A stretch of 64,000 nucleotides of DNA from a virus. The stretch spans positions 2,584 to 66,583 of IMG/VR virus record IMGVR_UViG_3300028883_000048. One strand, 5' to 3'. Position numbers and translations under genes: made by a program. The notes beneath the pieces are model-generated. The model saw only the letters and a program-made list of their open reading frames with translations, did not search any database and was not told where the DNA came from. Below, one piece after another: positions 10,839-20,656 of this stretch. Every line of letters starts with the position of its first letter. Position 1 is the first letter of the stretch.

Positions 10839-11483
10839 TTAATGTTCCCAAACATCGGCATCAAAAGCCGATGTTTTACTTGCCCATTCATCCAGTGCGT
10901 CGCTGGCGTTGCTTGCGTCTTCATTGAGAATGCCCTTATGATTTGAGCCATCCCATTTCTTGGTATATCCGGCCAAAATCCGATTAACCAGCTCGGTAAA
11001 TTCTCGGCTGTCTAACATATCGGCCAGATCGGAACCCTTGACGTATGATGAAATTTCATATCTTAAGGTTCGGCCATGATAAACATTTATTGGGACGGCG
11101 TTTCCGATTTCATCATCAAAACCCGCCCAAACTGTTTTAGCGTCGCAATCGATTTCGATCATTGCTGGCTGAGGTTGTGACTGGCTCGGGTACTTATTAT
11201 AAACCGGAACCAGCGTATCTCTCATCTCTTTCAGATCGTTAATGATTTTAAAATGTCGGTGAATAATTGGCTCATAAGGGGCTGGCTTAAAAACCTTTAA
11301 ATGATCTGTTGCGTGGTTGATCTCATATTCGTCGATCTTCTTATTTAGATCGTCCGAGCGATACACCAATACTGTAGCCGGGCAACCGTTTTTGATTGAT
11401 AACCGATAAGCTTCCTTGTCAGCATCGTCTTTTTTCTCAAACCAGATTCCAGCGACCTGATAGTTTCTTTTTTCTTCTGTCAT
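10839..11483 (-). CDS. hypothetical early protein
   Basis: 214 aa with strong SD and own promoter. Confidence 0.75.
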   Translation of the reverse strand: MTEEKRNYQVAGIWFEKKDDADKEAYRLSIKNGCPATVLVYRSDDLNKKIDEYEINHATDHLKVFKPAPYEPIIHRHFKIINDLKEMRDTLVPVYNKYPSQSQPQPAMIEIDCDAKTVWAGFDDEIGNAVPINVYHGRTLRYEISSYVKGSDLADMLDSREFTELVNRILAGYTKKWDGSNHKGILNEDASNASDALDEWASKTSAFDADVWEH

Positions 11484-11527
11484 CTTTTGATCTCTCCTTT
11501 GTTAATGTTCTCAATCATCATGTAATC

Positions 11528-11556
11528 ATTATAATATTATTATCGGCTTTTGTCAA
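11528..11556 (-). promoter_or_regulatory. consensus sigma70 promoter
   Basis: TTGACA-17 nt-TATAAT on - strand. Confidence 0.85.
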
Positions 11557-11637
11557 GAAAAAAATCAGATATTTTTCCGAAAAATATCTGATTTATTATG
11601 GAGGTCTGGTTAAGTCGTTATATAATAACAGGTTAAA

Positions 11638-11847
11638 TTATATTATGTCCTCTGGATGTACCTTGATTTTTATCTCAATTCCATGAGACAGGTGATGCCT
11701 GATTATCATTCTAACCAGCTCTGACATACTCAACCCGTTTTCCTTGGCGATTGCCATTAAACTCTCGCGCATCTCAACTGGGAGCAAGATATTGGTATTA
11801 ACATAGTCGCCCGGGGCTGGTGATTTATCTGGTTTTGTTTTTGCCAT
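11638..11847 (-). CDS. ribbon-helix-helix (CopG/Arc-like) DNA-binding protein
   Basis: TNILLP.EMRESL..IAKENGLSMSELVRMII; AGGAGA SD. Confidence 0.8.
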   Translation of the reverse strand: MAKTKPDKSPAPGDYVNTNILLPVEMRESLMAIAKENGLSMSELVRMIIRHHLSHGIEIKIKVHPEDII

Positions 11848-11987
11848 TTATATCTCCTATTTTAGACTTGATCTGTTTCTGATTTCAGTTATCTTGAGAT
11901 CGCTCAACTTAGGGCTTGATCTTGTCCTTTGTTGATGTTCTCAAACCTCGGCGGGCGACTGATCATCGCCCGTCGGTTTTTTAATAT

Positions 11988-12458
11988 TCATTCCTTTCCC
12001 ATCAGCCAAAATCCCAAAACCCTGAGTCCGAAGGTCAATATCATAGATAACACCAATACAAGAACCTCTGTCCAATAGCCGTTAAAGAGAGAAGCGACTA
12101 TTCCAATAGGCACTACTCCAACTCCCATGATGAATAGGCCAATAATGACAGGCCATACTCCCCAAATAATTAGCGTGGTTAATAGTCCCAAAAACCATGC
12201 TGTCAATCCAAAGATATAGCTTGAGATAAAGAATCCGAGACCGCCCCAAACGCGAGTCCTCGGGATGAGGGCAAGCGGTAAAAAGATGACAACATTTACC
12301 CCAAAAAACAGAAAAGATATTAACATCAGCCAAGGGAGAATTTTTGCCGCAATAGCGGTTCCGGAAATAATAAGTAAAAATAAGGCAAATCCAGCTATTG
12401 ATATAACCGTCGTAAGCGTGATCTTCCCCACACTTACAATTGTATCTTTGACGCTCAT
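11988..12458 (-). CDS. polytopic membrane protein
   Basis: almost entirely hydrophobic, 4-5 TM segments. Confidence 0.75.
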   Translation of the reverse strand: MSVKDTIVSVGKITLTTVISIAGFALFLLIISGTAIAAKILPWLMLISFLFFGVNVVIFLPLALIPRTRVWGGLGFFISSYIFGLTAWFLGLLTTLIIWGVWPVIIGLFIMGVGVVPIGIVASLFNGYWTEVLVLVLSMILTFGLRVLGFWLMGKE

Positions 12459-12664
12459 GTTCTCATCTCCTTAAAGTAGGTTTCAATTCGTTTATCTTGT
12501 TCAGCCTCACACTCAGGACATCGAGCTGGCAGGTCTTGAGCTTTGGCAAGATGCGAGACTGGCTCGTCAGAAACCAGTCTCCCACAAACCTCACAAGCCT
12601 TATAGAACTTGGGATTATTAATATCCCTGTTCCAATATATTCTGCTGGGTTTATATTTGGTCAT
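12455..12664 (-). CDS. small Zn-finger protein
   Basis: CEVC...CPEC; start MTKYK overlaps upstream stop. Confidence 0.6.
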   Translation of the reverse strand: MTKYKPSRIYWNRDINNPKFYKACEVCGRLVSDEPVSHLAKAQDLPARCPECEAEQDKRIETYFKEMRT

Positions 12665-12936
12665 TATATTCTCCATCCTCCTTTAACCTCAGGGACTTTT
12701 CTGAGTGCCCTACCGTCCTTATAGGCTTTGATTGGTTTGTAATTCCTGAGATCAATGTCGTTCGAGAAGACATAATTGTTCTTACCTCCCCAAGCGACAA
12801 GAAACCAATCGAGGAAAACATCATCCTCTTTTTTGTCAATTTGCTCTATAACCAGATAAGTAAATATATGATCTTTTGACTGCTCTCTTGCCTGTTTAAA
12901 GGCTCTTTGCTTAAGTTGGTTTATTAGGTTATCCAT
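12664..12936 (-). CDS. hypothetical protein
   Basis: 90 aa in tightly packed operon. Confidence 0.6.
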   Translation of the reverse strand: MDNLINQLKQRAFKQAREQSKDHIFTYLVIEQIDKKEDDVFLDWFLVAWGGKNNYVFSNDIDLRNYKPIKAYKDGRALRKVPEVKGGWRI

Positions 12937-12945
12937 ATCAGTTAT

Positions 12946-13836
12946 TTATTCCTCTCTCGTCTCTGGCTCTAAGCTCTCGCCATTACAGCGATCAATAACA
13001 TCCTTCAGGTCGGTACAGCATTTTATCGTTGTACCATCACAGACAAACATCATGCCCTCGGGAGCTAAAACATCATAGAGATCGCCGTACTCGACGGCGC
13101 ATCGATGACCATCAACCTCAATCCAGCCATAGATTGAACAGCCTCTTTCTGCTCTATATTGTTCGGCCTCCTTATCGGTTGCCAATTCAATCGGTTGTTT
13201 TTTGATCGGCTTATCTGGCTTGATATGACCTTCCCGAACCAAATAGTTATAGAACTTGGATTTAACTGCCAGCTTCTCATAATGATCAACCATCTCATCG
13301 GCGAGTTTATCGAAAGCCTTTTTGATATTGGCTGGCAGTCCCTTCTCTCTCAGCTCTTTAATAGCCAGTGTATCGGTTATGTTCGCCCGGCGTTCATGGA
13401 TTCGGTTGTCATGGCGACGATTATATTCTCCGAACTTCCGACGAGCCTGCATATCAGCAACGTGCTTGGTCTCGTGAATCACAACCTCAAAAAACGACCA
13501 TAGAGTATTATATGCCATTGTTCGGCGACCATCTTTATCGGCATTAAAGAACCGTTTCATCGTGAAGGCTCGACTACCGTTCGGCATACTTACCCAATAG
13601 AAACCCCTGTTAGTATATTGAGAATTAAACTCTGATTTGCTTGCCCCGGGTATAAAGTAGTTCATATTGACCAGATCACAGGATAATGCCTTGCCACCAA
13701 TCTTATAATCCGATGGCTTGACGATAACCACAATATTGGGTTTACATTCAGTTCGCCTACACGCCCATTGAGCTAAGACCTTAAAAGGCGCATCGCTAAG
13801 CTTTGTAAAGTTATATAGTTTGATTCCTTTTGTCAT
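12946..13836 (-). CDS. HExxH metallopeptidase-like protein
   Basis: EVVIHETKH...E motif; AGGAGATC SD. Confidence 0.55.
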   Translation of the reverse strand: MTKGIKLYNFTKLSDAPFKVLAQWACRRTECKPNIVVIVKPSDYKIGGKALSCDLVNMNYFIPGASKSEFNSQYTNRGFYWVSMPNGSRAFTMKRFFNADKDGRRTMAYNTLWSFFEVVIHETKHVADMQARRKFGEYNRRHDNRIHERRANITDTLAIKELREKGLPANIKKAFDKLADEMVDHYEKLAVKSKFYNYLVREGHIKPDKPIKKQPIELATDKEAEQYRAERGCSIYGWIEVDGHRCAVEYGDLYDVLAPEGMMFVCDGTTIKCCTDLKDVIDRCNGESLEPETREE

Positions 13837-13895
13837 CTTGATCTCCTATATATAAGACTGGCTCTCTGATCGGGAGCCAGTCCATAAACCTCCAA

Positions 13896-15014
13896 TTAGT
13901 TATTAGCGTTCTCCATCATAACCTCCCACTCGGCATTGGTGAGGTTGATAACCCGGTTGGCAAGTCTCTCGAGCTCAACCTGTCGATCGTAACTTGATGA
14001 TTCCTTAGCGATCTCGGTCATCGCGTTGGTCAATCCCCAGCAGGTCATATCGCCGTGACTCATTAGTGACCTCAAAATGCTTTTGCTCTCATGCTCTCTG
14101 AACTGGGAGCCAATACGCTGGTCAGTCAGTTCGATCAGCTTGGCGGGATTGGCTTCGATCTTCCGATCGGCTGAGTCTCTCAGTTTGTCGATCTCAGCCT
14201 CAAAAATATCTCTGCTGAACGTTCCCTCAACAATATCGCGGACTTTCATCCAGAACGCCGAGTCGATCGCCTTCATGGTCTCGTCTTTTAAAAATTCGGT
14301 TATACCATCATCATTCCCGAACTTTGAGCCGAGATGATATTTCCTGATTGCGTGACTGGTAATCAACCCGTTTTGACAAACCAATCTCCAAATTAGAGGC
14401 TCAATCTTCAGCGAGCCACTTCCAACCTCGCTGTTGCTGATGATGATACCGGCCTGAACCATATCACCAACTCTGATGTCGGCGGTCAATCTCTCGGTCA
14501 CTCCCTTGATATACATCCGACGCTCAGTTATGGCCGCCTGTTTGATCATCACCTTGTTATTGGTCAATGTCGGCGAGACCGCCGAGATCAGATCGAAATT
14601 GTCAAGCGGTCGATAACTGCTTGACAGGATGGCTCTGGCTCTGCCATCGACCGTTCGGACAAAAGTCTCTTTCGGCTCGTTCTTAAACCAGTGCTGAATA
14701 TTTTCTCTCAGCAGTTCCGGTGCCTCAACCATCATGCGATCATAATACCTTTTTGGTATCTTGACCTTGCTTGCGATCTGGCTGTGACAGTGATTTGTGA
14801 TCTGGAATCGGCTGTCACCAATCCTCATGTTGAGATTGTCGTCGATTTCAAAACCATCGTGATCGGTACTGACGTTAAAATCCCGGGCTGTACTGGCAAT
14901 CCGATCAAGCTCTGAGATAAAGCCGGGTAGTTGGGCTTCGTTATAAACCTGATCATTAATTCCATCGTCGTACTCGGCGACGATCTCGGGGTTACGGGTT
15001 AATTCTGTTGACAT
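13896..15014 (-). CDS. DUF932/DUF945-family protein
   Basis: RAILSSSY..LDN, GIIISNSEVG.GSL.I...RLVC.NG; start MSTEL after AAGGAGG. Confidence 0.75.
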   Translation of the reverse strand: MSTELTRNPEIVAEYDDGINDQVYNEAQLPGFISELDRIASTARDFNVSTDHDGFEIDDNLNMRIGDSRFQITNHCHSQIASKVKIPKRYYDRMMVEAPELLRENIQHWFKNEPKETFVRTVDGRARAILSSSYRPLDNFDLISAVSPTLTNNKVMIKQAAITERRMYIKGVTERLTADIRVGDMVQAGIIISNSEVGSGSLKIEPLIWRLVCQNGLITSHAIRKYHLGSKFGNDDGITEFLKDETMKAIDSAFWMKVRDIVEGTFSRDIFEAEIDKLRDSADRKIEANPAKLIELTDQRIGSQFREHESKSILRSLMSHGDMTCWGLTNAMTEIAKESSSYDRQVELERLANRVINLTNAEWEVMMENANN

Positions 15015-15104
15015 CTCAAACCTCCTTAAACTTAGGTTGTGAGCCAGATTAATTTCCGGCTCGTTATTGATCTTGTCTGTTATGTTCTCAACTATCATGT
15101 CATT

Positions 15105-15133
15105 ATTATAATAATTATATAAAATAATGTCAA
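15105..15133 (-). promoter_or_regulatory. consensus sigma70 promoter
   Basis: TTGACA-17 nt-TATAAT; downstream leader resembles that of the 11.5-kb promoter. Confidence 0.85.
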
Positions 15134-15371
15134 GTGATATTTTAAATTATTTTATAATATTTTATTAATATATCGTCAAGTCCAGAGCAAGACTTTAGCG
15201 ATATTTCGATTTTTCGCTAAGTTTTTTAGGTTGTTAAAATGTTGTCGGTTAATGAGTTGGGTGTCGGTTATCGATTTTTCACAATTTATTTACGATTCCC
15301 GAATTATATATATACGCTATTTCATTATAATAATAAAGAATGTTATAATACAGGGCATAACTCACAATAAT

Positions 15372-16865
15372 TCAATGCCTTAACTCTCGCGCTCTAACGG
15401 CGTGTACGCCCCTTGGTGGCAGATTGAACTCGACCTCGGTTTTTGGCAAATATCTATAATCAATTATTATCATTCTGCTATATATAATTATTTTTTTGAT
15501 AGCTGTCATGTAGTATTTTGTTCTAATGTCATCTGGCACATCTAACGAAAAATCCTGAAACCTGTCGATCAGCTCATCAACATCAAGAATCAGGCTGTCT
15601 GATCTAATATCCCTTTGCTGTAGCTCGTCGATCTCTGTTTTTATTTTGTCGATGTTTCGCTTACAGTCATTGAGATCAACTACCCCTGCTTGAATCGCGT
15701 CGACCAGATTATTTTTTTGTTTTATCAATTCCTGTAATCTTAACCGATCGCCTGTCAGATCGGTCTTATTATATTCTCTGATCTTCGCATCGAGTAATCT
15801 CTTTAGCTTCTTTTTGTCCCCAGTCTGGCTCCTGATGTTATTATCGATCGCCTGATTTATCAACCATTGAGGTCTGCTCGATGATCTCGGGCAAGCCCGC
15901 TTACCATTACGGAAAGCATTATAACACCTATAACCGAGATATCTATGGGGGTAACCATGACTCCCCCCAGCGCTCATGGCGATAATTCGGCTCCCACAAT
16001 ATCCGCAAATCATCATCGGAGCTAAAAGGGATTTTTGCCTCGGTCGATGTACTCTTGTTTTATAGGATTCAAGTCGATTTTGCAGGTCAAAAAATTCATC
16101 CTCTGATATTATTGGCTCATCGATCTGAACGCATTTTATGTACTGTCCATCAATATTTATAAGGCCCGCGTATAGCGGGCGTCTGAGCATCAAGCTCACC
16201 TGATAACCATATATGTCAATTCCCGCCCCCCTGAGCATCGAACCAACAGTAATATAATCATGGTCGAAGCCAGCGACAAAGACCCGGCGAACAATATCAG
16301 CATCCTTGCCTTGAATGATCTTATTTCTCTTTTTGCCCCCCGGGGTAAGAATATAATGATTGCGATCGTATTGATAACCGATCGGCAATCTGCCATGAAT
16401 ATAGCCCTGTTGCAACCTGATTTTCCTGCCCTCGCTACACAAATCCTTAATATATCTTCTCTGATGCTCTGATATAACCCCTTTGATCTGAGCAAACATC
16501 TGACCATCTCGGCTTGAGAGATCAAGCTCACCATATTTTGTTATTACCTTTATATTATGATCTTCTAATCGAGGGAATATCCTGCCAGTCAGGTCTTTTA
16601 CCGATCGGGATAACCGATCTTGATCATAGACAAATAATGATGACCCGTCGACCTCACCTGTATCAACCTGAGCTAATAGAGCTATGAGCTGAGGTCTGGC
16701 CGTGATGTTCTCTGCTGACAGCCCGGGTTCTCTATAGAGATCGATAGCCGATTTATGGGCTCCGGCCTGTTTACATTGGGCGAGTGCCCATTTCTCTTGT
16801 TTTTCGAGAGATGTATTTTTGATCTGATCTGGTGTGCTGACTCTTATGTATATCAGATATCTCAT
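15372..16865 (-). CDS. large serine recombinase (integrase)
   Basis: YIRVST catalytic motif, DRLSR, recombinase domain, CGYCG..YRC Zn ribbon, coiled coil. Confidence 0.92.
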   Translation of the reverse strand: MRYLIYIRVSTPDQIKNTSLEKQEKWALAQCKQAGAHKSAIDLYREPGLSAENITARPQLIALLAQVDTGEVDGSSLFVYDQDRLSRSVKDLTGRIFPRLEDHNIKVITKYGELDLSSRDGQMFAQIKGVISEHQRRYIKDLCSEGRKIRLQQGYIHGRLPIGYQYDRNHYILTPGGKKRNKIIQGKDADIVRRVFVAGFDHDYITVGSMLRGAGIDIYGYQVSLMLRRPLYAGLINIDGQYIKCVQIDEPIISEDEFFDLQNRLESYKTRVHRPRQKSLLAPMMICGYCGSRIIAMSAGGSHGYPHRYLGYRCYNAFRNGKRACPRSSSRPQWLINQAIDNNIRSQTGDKKKLKRLLDAKIREYNKTDLTGDRLRLQELIKQKNNLVDAIQAGVVDLNDCKRNIDKIKTEIDELQQRDIRSDSLILDVDELIDRFQDFSLDVPDDIRTKYYMTAIKKIIIYSRMIIIDYRYLPKTEVEFNLPPRGVHAVRARELRH

Positions 16866-17032
16866 TGACGGTATCTCCTACGAGGGTATCTATCAGCTTA
16901 AACAACGTGATATATAATACCCGATCGCGCAGACGCTTGTTTTCCGGTGACCCATCGCTCTCGATAAACTTCTCCGGTTCCCGATTGCGAAGCCGGAGTA
17001 ATTCAACGAGTGCGCCCAATAATGTCAGTCCG

Positions 17033-17491
17033 TCACTTTGACAAAGAATCTGCAAAATAACAATCCTCAAAATAGATCGTACTGCCGATTAACCCATGAC
17101 ATTCACCTATTAGGGTAACCCGGGAACAGGGAGATAACTTAGCGAGCCGATCTCTGGCAGAACCATCGAATTCACATTTTATGCGCGGAGCCGTTTGAAG
17201 TATGATATAATACTCAGCACTGCTCAGCGCCTTGGTGACAACATCGGCCTTGCCTATCTTATATATTTCTCCGGTGATCTCAATGATCTTGTCTTTATAG
17301 TCAGCCTCAGCCCGCACAACATTGTTATCAAAATGCTCTGCTAATAGATTGGCATTAATAGAAAGCTCTGTCTTTGGTATTATTTTTGGCGGTTTTTCAT
17401 CTGTTGCCAATATAGCGATCGCCATCAAGCCCATAAACATTAGCGCCAATACCATCGCTGAGATTTTTAATACATTTCCGATCAACCTCAT
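17033..17491 (-). CDS. membrane-anchored OB-fold protein (tRNA_anti-like)
   Basis: N-terminal TM; A..L...F..N.V.A...YKDK.IEITG.I...C.F...V.L.G.C.G pattern. Confidence 0.7.
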   Translation of the reverse strand: MRLIGNVLKISAMVLALMFMGLMAIAILATDEKPPKIIPKTELSINANLLAEHFDNNVVRAEADYKDKIIEITGEIYKIGKADVVTKALSSAEYYIILQTAPRIKCEFDGSARDRLAKLSPCSRVTLIGECHGLIGSTIYFEDCYFADSLSK

Positions 17492-17870
17492 TTATACTCA
17501 CAATCGAACAGCGTTTATTATCAATTCTTATCGGTTTTATACCCAGAGTCAAAGACCTACCGTCATTATGGTGCACCTCGAGTATATACGGATCACTCTG
17601 TATCATTTTCGGTATTGTCTCTAACTGACTCTTTGTATCTATAAACTCAAAGCCATGTCGACCGACAAGACATTTATTTTTTATAATATCATTCGCCGGT
17701 GATGTGGCTGAGACTATCCAACCATTTCTACATAATAATAGTGCCTGATCTTCAAGACCAGCAAAATAAGTTTTGAGCTGTTTCATCATTTTGGCGTTTG
17801 GCTTTCCTTTTTTTAACCTACTAATTATTTCTAACCACCCTGTAATCAGATCAAAATCATCTATGGTCAT
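17397..17870 (-). CDS. PAS-like domain protein
   Basis: LLLCRNGWIV.A...A...LVGR....FI...EVHHNDGR.L.L...PI...IVSI pattern. Confidence 0.5.
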   Translation of the reverse strand: MTIDDFDLITGWLEIISRLKKGKPNAKMMKQLKTYFAGLEDQALLLCRNGWIVSATSPANDIIKNKCLVGRHGFEFIDTKSQLETIPKMIQSDPYILEVHHNDGRSLTLGIKPIRIDNKRCSIVSINEVDRKCIKNLSDGIGANVYGLDGDRYIGNR

Positions 17871-17919
17871 TCCGTGATGCTACTCCTTTAAAGATGAGTG
17901 CTACTAATCCTAATTTACT

Positions 17920-18360
17920 TTAATCATTTTTAAACAACTCACTATAATCTCTAATTAGCTCATATATTTTCTTCTTCCTTTCTGGCTTCATGTCTGCCGT
18001 TAACTCGCGTATTTTCTTATCGAGTTCATTCTCGTTGTTTGTCGTCGAGTCTATGATTTCCCGAAATCTGCTCATAAATTTCGTTAATTCGGCTCTGTCG
18101 ACTGCCTGAGATATTCCGGTGATATAATAATCCAGACTATCGGGAAGAACTCGAGCCAATACAACCCATGTCTCAATCGATGGCGATGTTCCACCAGATA
18201 ATATTTTCCGGAGCCCTACCAAAGATATATCAAAGCCGTTCCCCCCGGCCTCTAACATCGCCTGTCGTAGCGCGACATCGGTATCGTAACCCCCTTTGAG
18301 CTTGCCCTGTCTAAGACGATCAGCAACCTCTTGTCGTAGTTTGCTGTTTTGTTTTGGCAC
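17920..18360 (-). CDS. CI-like XRE HTH repressor
   Basis: ISLVGLRKILSGGTSPSIETWVVLARVL.DSLDYYITG; divergent from Cro-like gene. Confidence 0.8.
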   Translation of the reverse strand: MPKQNSKLRQEVADRLRQGKLKGGYDTDVALRQAMLEAGGNGFDISLVGLRKILSGGTSPSIETWVVLARVLPDSLDYYITGISQAVDRAELTKFMSRFREIIDSTTNNENELDKKIRELTADMKPERKKKIYELIRDYSELFKND

Positions 18361-18591
18361 GTCGTTTTACCTCCTAAGACATCATATATCGACAACTGTT
18401 TATTTCTGTCAAGGGAATTTTTATAAAATATAAAATAATACCATTATGGTATAGATTTTTATCTGTCGGGGTAACTTGTTGTTATATAATAATATTATAA
18501 AATAATTAGAATTTTTCCTTGACAAGGTTATAATATTTTATAATTTGACGATATAATTTAATAGCAGAGAATAATGACCTGATATGGAATT
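18361..18591. promoter_or_regulatory. divergent lysis/lysogeny switch region
   Basis: AT-rich; TTGACA on both strands (- near 18407-18412, + 18519-18524); TATAAT-NNN-ATTATA-type palindromes. Confidence 0.65.
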
Positions 18592-18951
18592 ATGACAGAA
18601 AATAACAAAATATTAGTTGATTGTAATAAAATCCGATTACTTTGGGATATATGCGAATTGTCCACCAGACGGGTGGCCTCGGCCTGTGAGTGTAGCAATG
18701 TCTATGCGTGGCAGATATATAGAGGGAAGCGCAACGAGGTTACCAAAAAGTTTATCAGAATGTTCTCTGATTTTATTAAAACCGAAATCCAAAAGGTGCT
18801 GTCACCAGCAACCTTTTTATATCATTTAGATCAATCCTCCTTGTCGTCGAGCGCCAAGGACTCCATGAACGGCGCCCGGTCAGAATCCAGCCGGGCGCCT
18901 ACTTGTATTTGTAAGGGCAGTTATAGTTATGAAGAATGTCAAAATAAATGA
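18592..18951 (+). CDS. Cro-like HTH protein
   Basis: LSTRRVASACECS...WQIYRG HTH; first gene of rightward operon. Confidence 0.6.
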   Translation: MTENNKILVDCNKIRLLWDICELSTRRVASACECSNVYAWQIYRGKRNEVTKKFIRMFSDFIKTEIQKVLSPATFLYHLDQSSLSSSAKDSMNGARSESSRAPTCICKGSYSYEECQNK

Positions 18952-19123
18952 TATATCCTGCCATGAAGATTGTGTGGCAGAGTTTTTGTTTTCTCTCGCA
19001 TTACATGAACATCAAAAAAACCATACTCAGACAGACAGAAGGGAGGTGTCCACCGGACTAAGAAAACACAAACTTGAAACTGTTGATAGACATAAGCCAA
19101 TATGTAGAAAGGCCAGCGTGTAG
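18929..19123 (+). CDS. hypothetical protein
   Basis: 64 aa overlapping cro-like gene end. Confidence 0.45.
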   Translation: MKNVKINDISCHEDCVAEFLFSLALHEHQKNHTQTDRREVSTGLRKHKLETVDRHKPICRKASV

Positions 19124-19171
19124 GAATCGGTTTCTCGCGCTGGCTTTCTCTATTGGCAAAAGGAGATCAGA

Positions 19172-19396
19172 ATGTATGACCATCACGCAATTAATCAGAT
19201 TAGACAGAGATCAGCAGACAGGCTCAAGCTCTATCACGAGATAAAGGCCGAGGGCTTAGAGCCCCGGACTTGTGCCAGATGTTTAAGATCAACCTGCTGG
19301 CCTGACCCCTACCGAGACAAAAACGCCATTAGCAATTTAGGGAACGAGATTTGTTCTCTATGCGCCCAAGAAGTAACGCAGGAGGTTCATGGATGA
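19172..19396 (+). CDS. small Zn-finger protein
   Basis: CARC...CSLC; AAGGAGA SD. Confidence 0.65.
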   Translation: MYDHHAINQIRQRSADRLKLYHEIKAEGLEPRTCARCLRSTCWPDPYRDKNAISNLGNEICSLCAQEVTQEVHG

Positions 19397-19629
19397 GATT
19401 AAATATTTTTAATTTGGTCATAATGACCAAACGTGAATACAGACGACACAGGGCTATGTTACAAAAAGAGGCTGTTGAGGAATTTGCTAATATAATTAAG
19501 GAAGCTCAACAACCAAAGCCCACCAGAGAGGTCAAACTGGTTAATATGCCTTTCGCTGATGATGTCAAACGTGATCAGGAGGTCAGACATAGTTTGGCCC
19601 ATACCTACAACTCTGGCAAAGCCAATTAG
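19393..19629 (+). CDS. hypothetical protein
   Basis: MRLNIF start after GGAGG, ATGA overlap. Confidence 0.55.
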   Translation: MRLNIFNLVIMTKREYRRHRAMLQKEAVEEFANIIKEAQQPKPTREVKLVNMPFADDVKRDQEVRHSLAHTYNSGKAN

Positions 19630-19642
19630 GAGGTTTGAGAAC

Positions 19643-20656
19643 ATGACAAAAGACAGATCAATATTAGATAAGTTGCCCGATCGGGTGACTCATCGAGATT
19701 TACAAAAACCCGAAATCAAAGAGCAGGTTAATAGCCTGCTCTCATCGGGTCATTTTAATATCGCGGCACCTGCCAGATATATCAATCAGATACCCGAGGA
19801 CATTGAACTCGTTTTTCTCTACACACAACTAAGCATCGAAAACAAAGATTATTATCCGTTGGAATCATATTATAAGGAAGGTAATAGCTGGAAAAAAACT
19901 CTACAAGGTTATTGCCTCACCTTTAATGGTCTTAATCAATTATCACAGCTCGCCGGGTTAGTGATGAGGATTAACGAGATACCGGGTTCTATTGCTCGCG
20001 ATAAGGACAATCGATTGATTGAAATCGGCTATGAGGTAGAGGCCGCGGTTTTAGGTTATGATGGGACGGCTCGTAACTGTCCTGACCAGAAGTGGTTTGA
20101 TTTTGCCGAGATGGAATATCAGGCCAATCAGATCAATAAAGAGGCCGATCGACTTAAGGCCTATAATCGCATAAATAAAATACGTGAGCACTCGAGAACC
20201 AGAGCTCTCTCAGGGGCAAAAGCTCGAGTTATAAGGCGAGTCCTGTGTATTCCTATTATCATGCAACCCAAAGACCTTGACAAGCTATGGGTTGTGATTA
20301 AAGCGATACCTCGAAATATAGTTAATCTCAATGATCAGATATTACTCTCTAAGGCCAGTAACGCTCAGCGTTTATTGACCGGAAACCCAATCGAGACAGC
20401 TCAACCCACCGAGGCCGAGATCATCGAACCACAACCGACACCAAAGCCAGAGCCTCAGCCTATTCCCGAGAAGCCGAAAGTTGATGATGATATTGATGAC
20501 CAGCTTAGGGCTCTCATGGCCGATACTGGCTATCAACCTAAAACACCGATCGATAGGATGACCGGGCAACGCAAGCTGGAATTCAGGGATTTTTTAATTG
20601 ACCTGAAAAAATCACAGACAGATCAGGGAGGTCAAGATGCAAAACAATCCGCTTAA
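19643..20656 (+). CDS. putative recombination/ssDNA-annealing-associated protein
   Basis: start MTKDR after AGGAGG; directly upstream of SbcD/SbcC; Pro-rich linker; function from context only. Confidence 0.45.
   Translation: MTKDRSILDKLPDRVTHRDLQKPEIKEQVNSLLSSGHFNIAAPARYINQIPEDIELVFLYTQLSIENKDYYPLESYYKEGNSWKKTLQGYCLTFNGLNQLSQLAGLVMRINEIPGSIARDKDNRLIEIGYEVEAAVLGYDGTARNCPDQKWFDFAEMEYQANQINKEADRLKAYNRINKIREHSRTRALSGAKARVIRRVLCIPIIMQPKDLDKLWVVIKAIPRNIVNLNDQILLSKASNAQRLLTGNPIETAQPTEAEIIEPQPTPKPEPQPIPEKPKVDDDIDDQLRALMADTGYQPKTPIDRMTGQRKLEFRDFLIDLKKSQTDQGGQDAKQSA

Noticed and set aside
10540-11980. CRISPR-like mini-array from leader repeats
   Set aside because: Repeats are separated by whole genes at irregular spacing; no cas genes.
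10100-13845. GGAG(A)GATC as a novel motif
   Set aside because: Largely explained by extended SD pairing with the 16S 3' end (GAUCACCUCCUUA).
16771-17070. 99-aa ORF upstream of integrase
   Set aside because: Overlaps both neighbours and has no clear start or motif; may be real but is unsupported.
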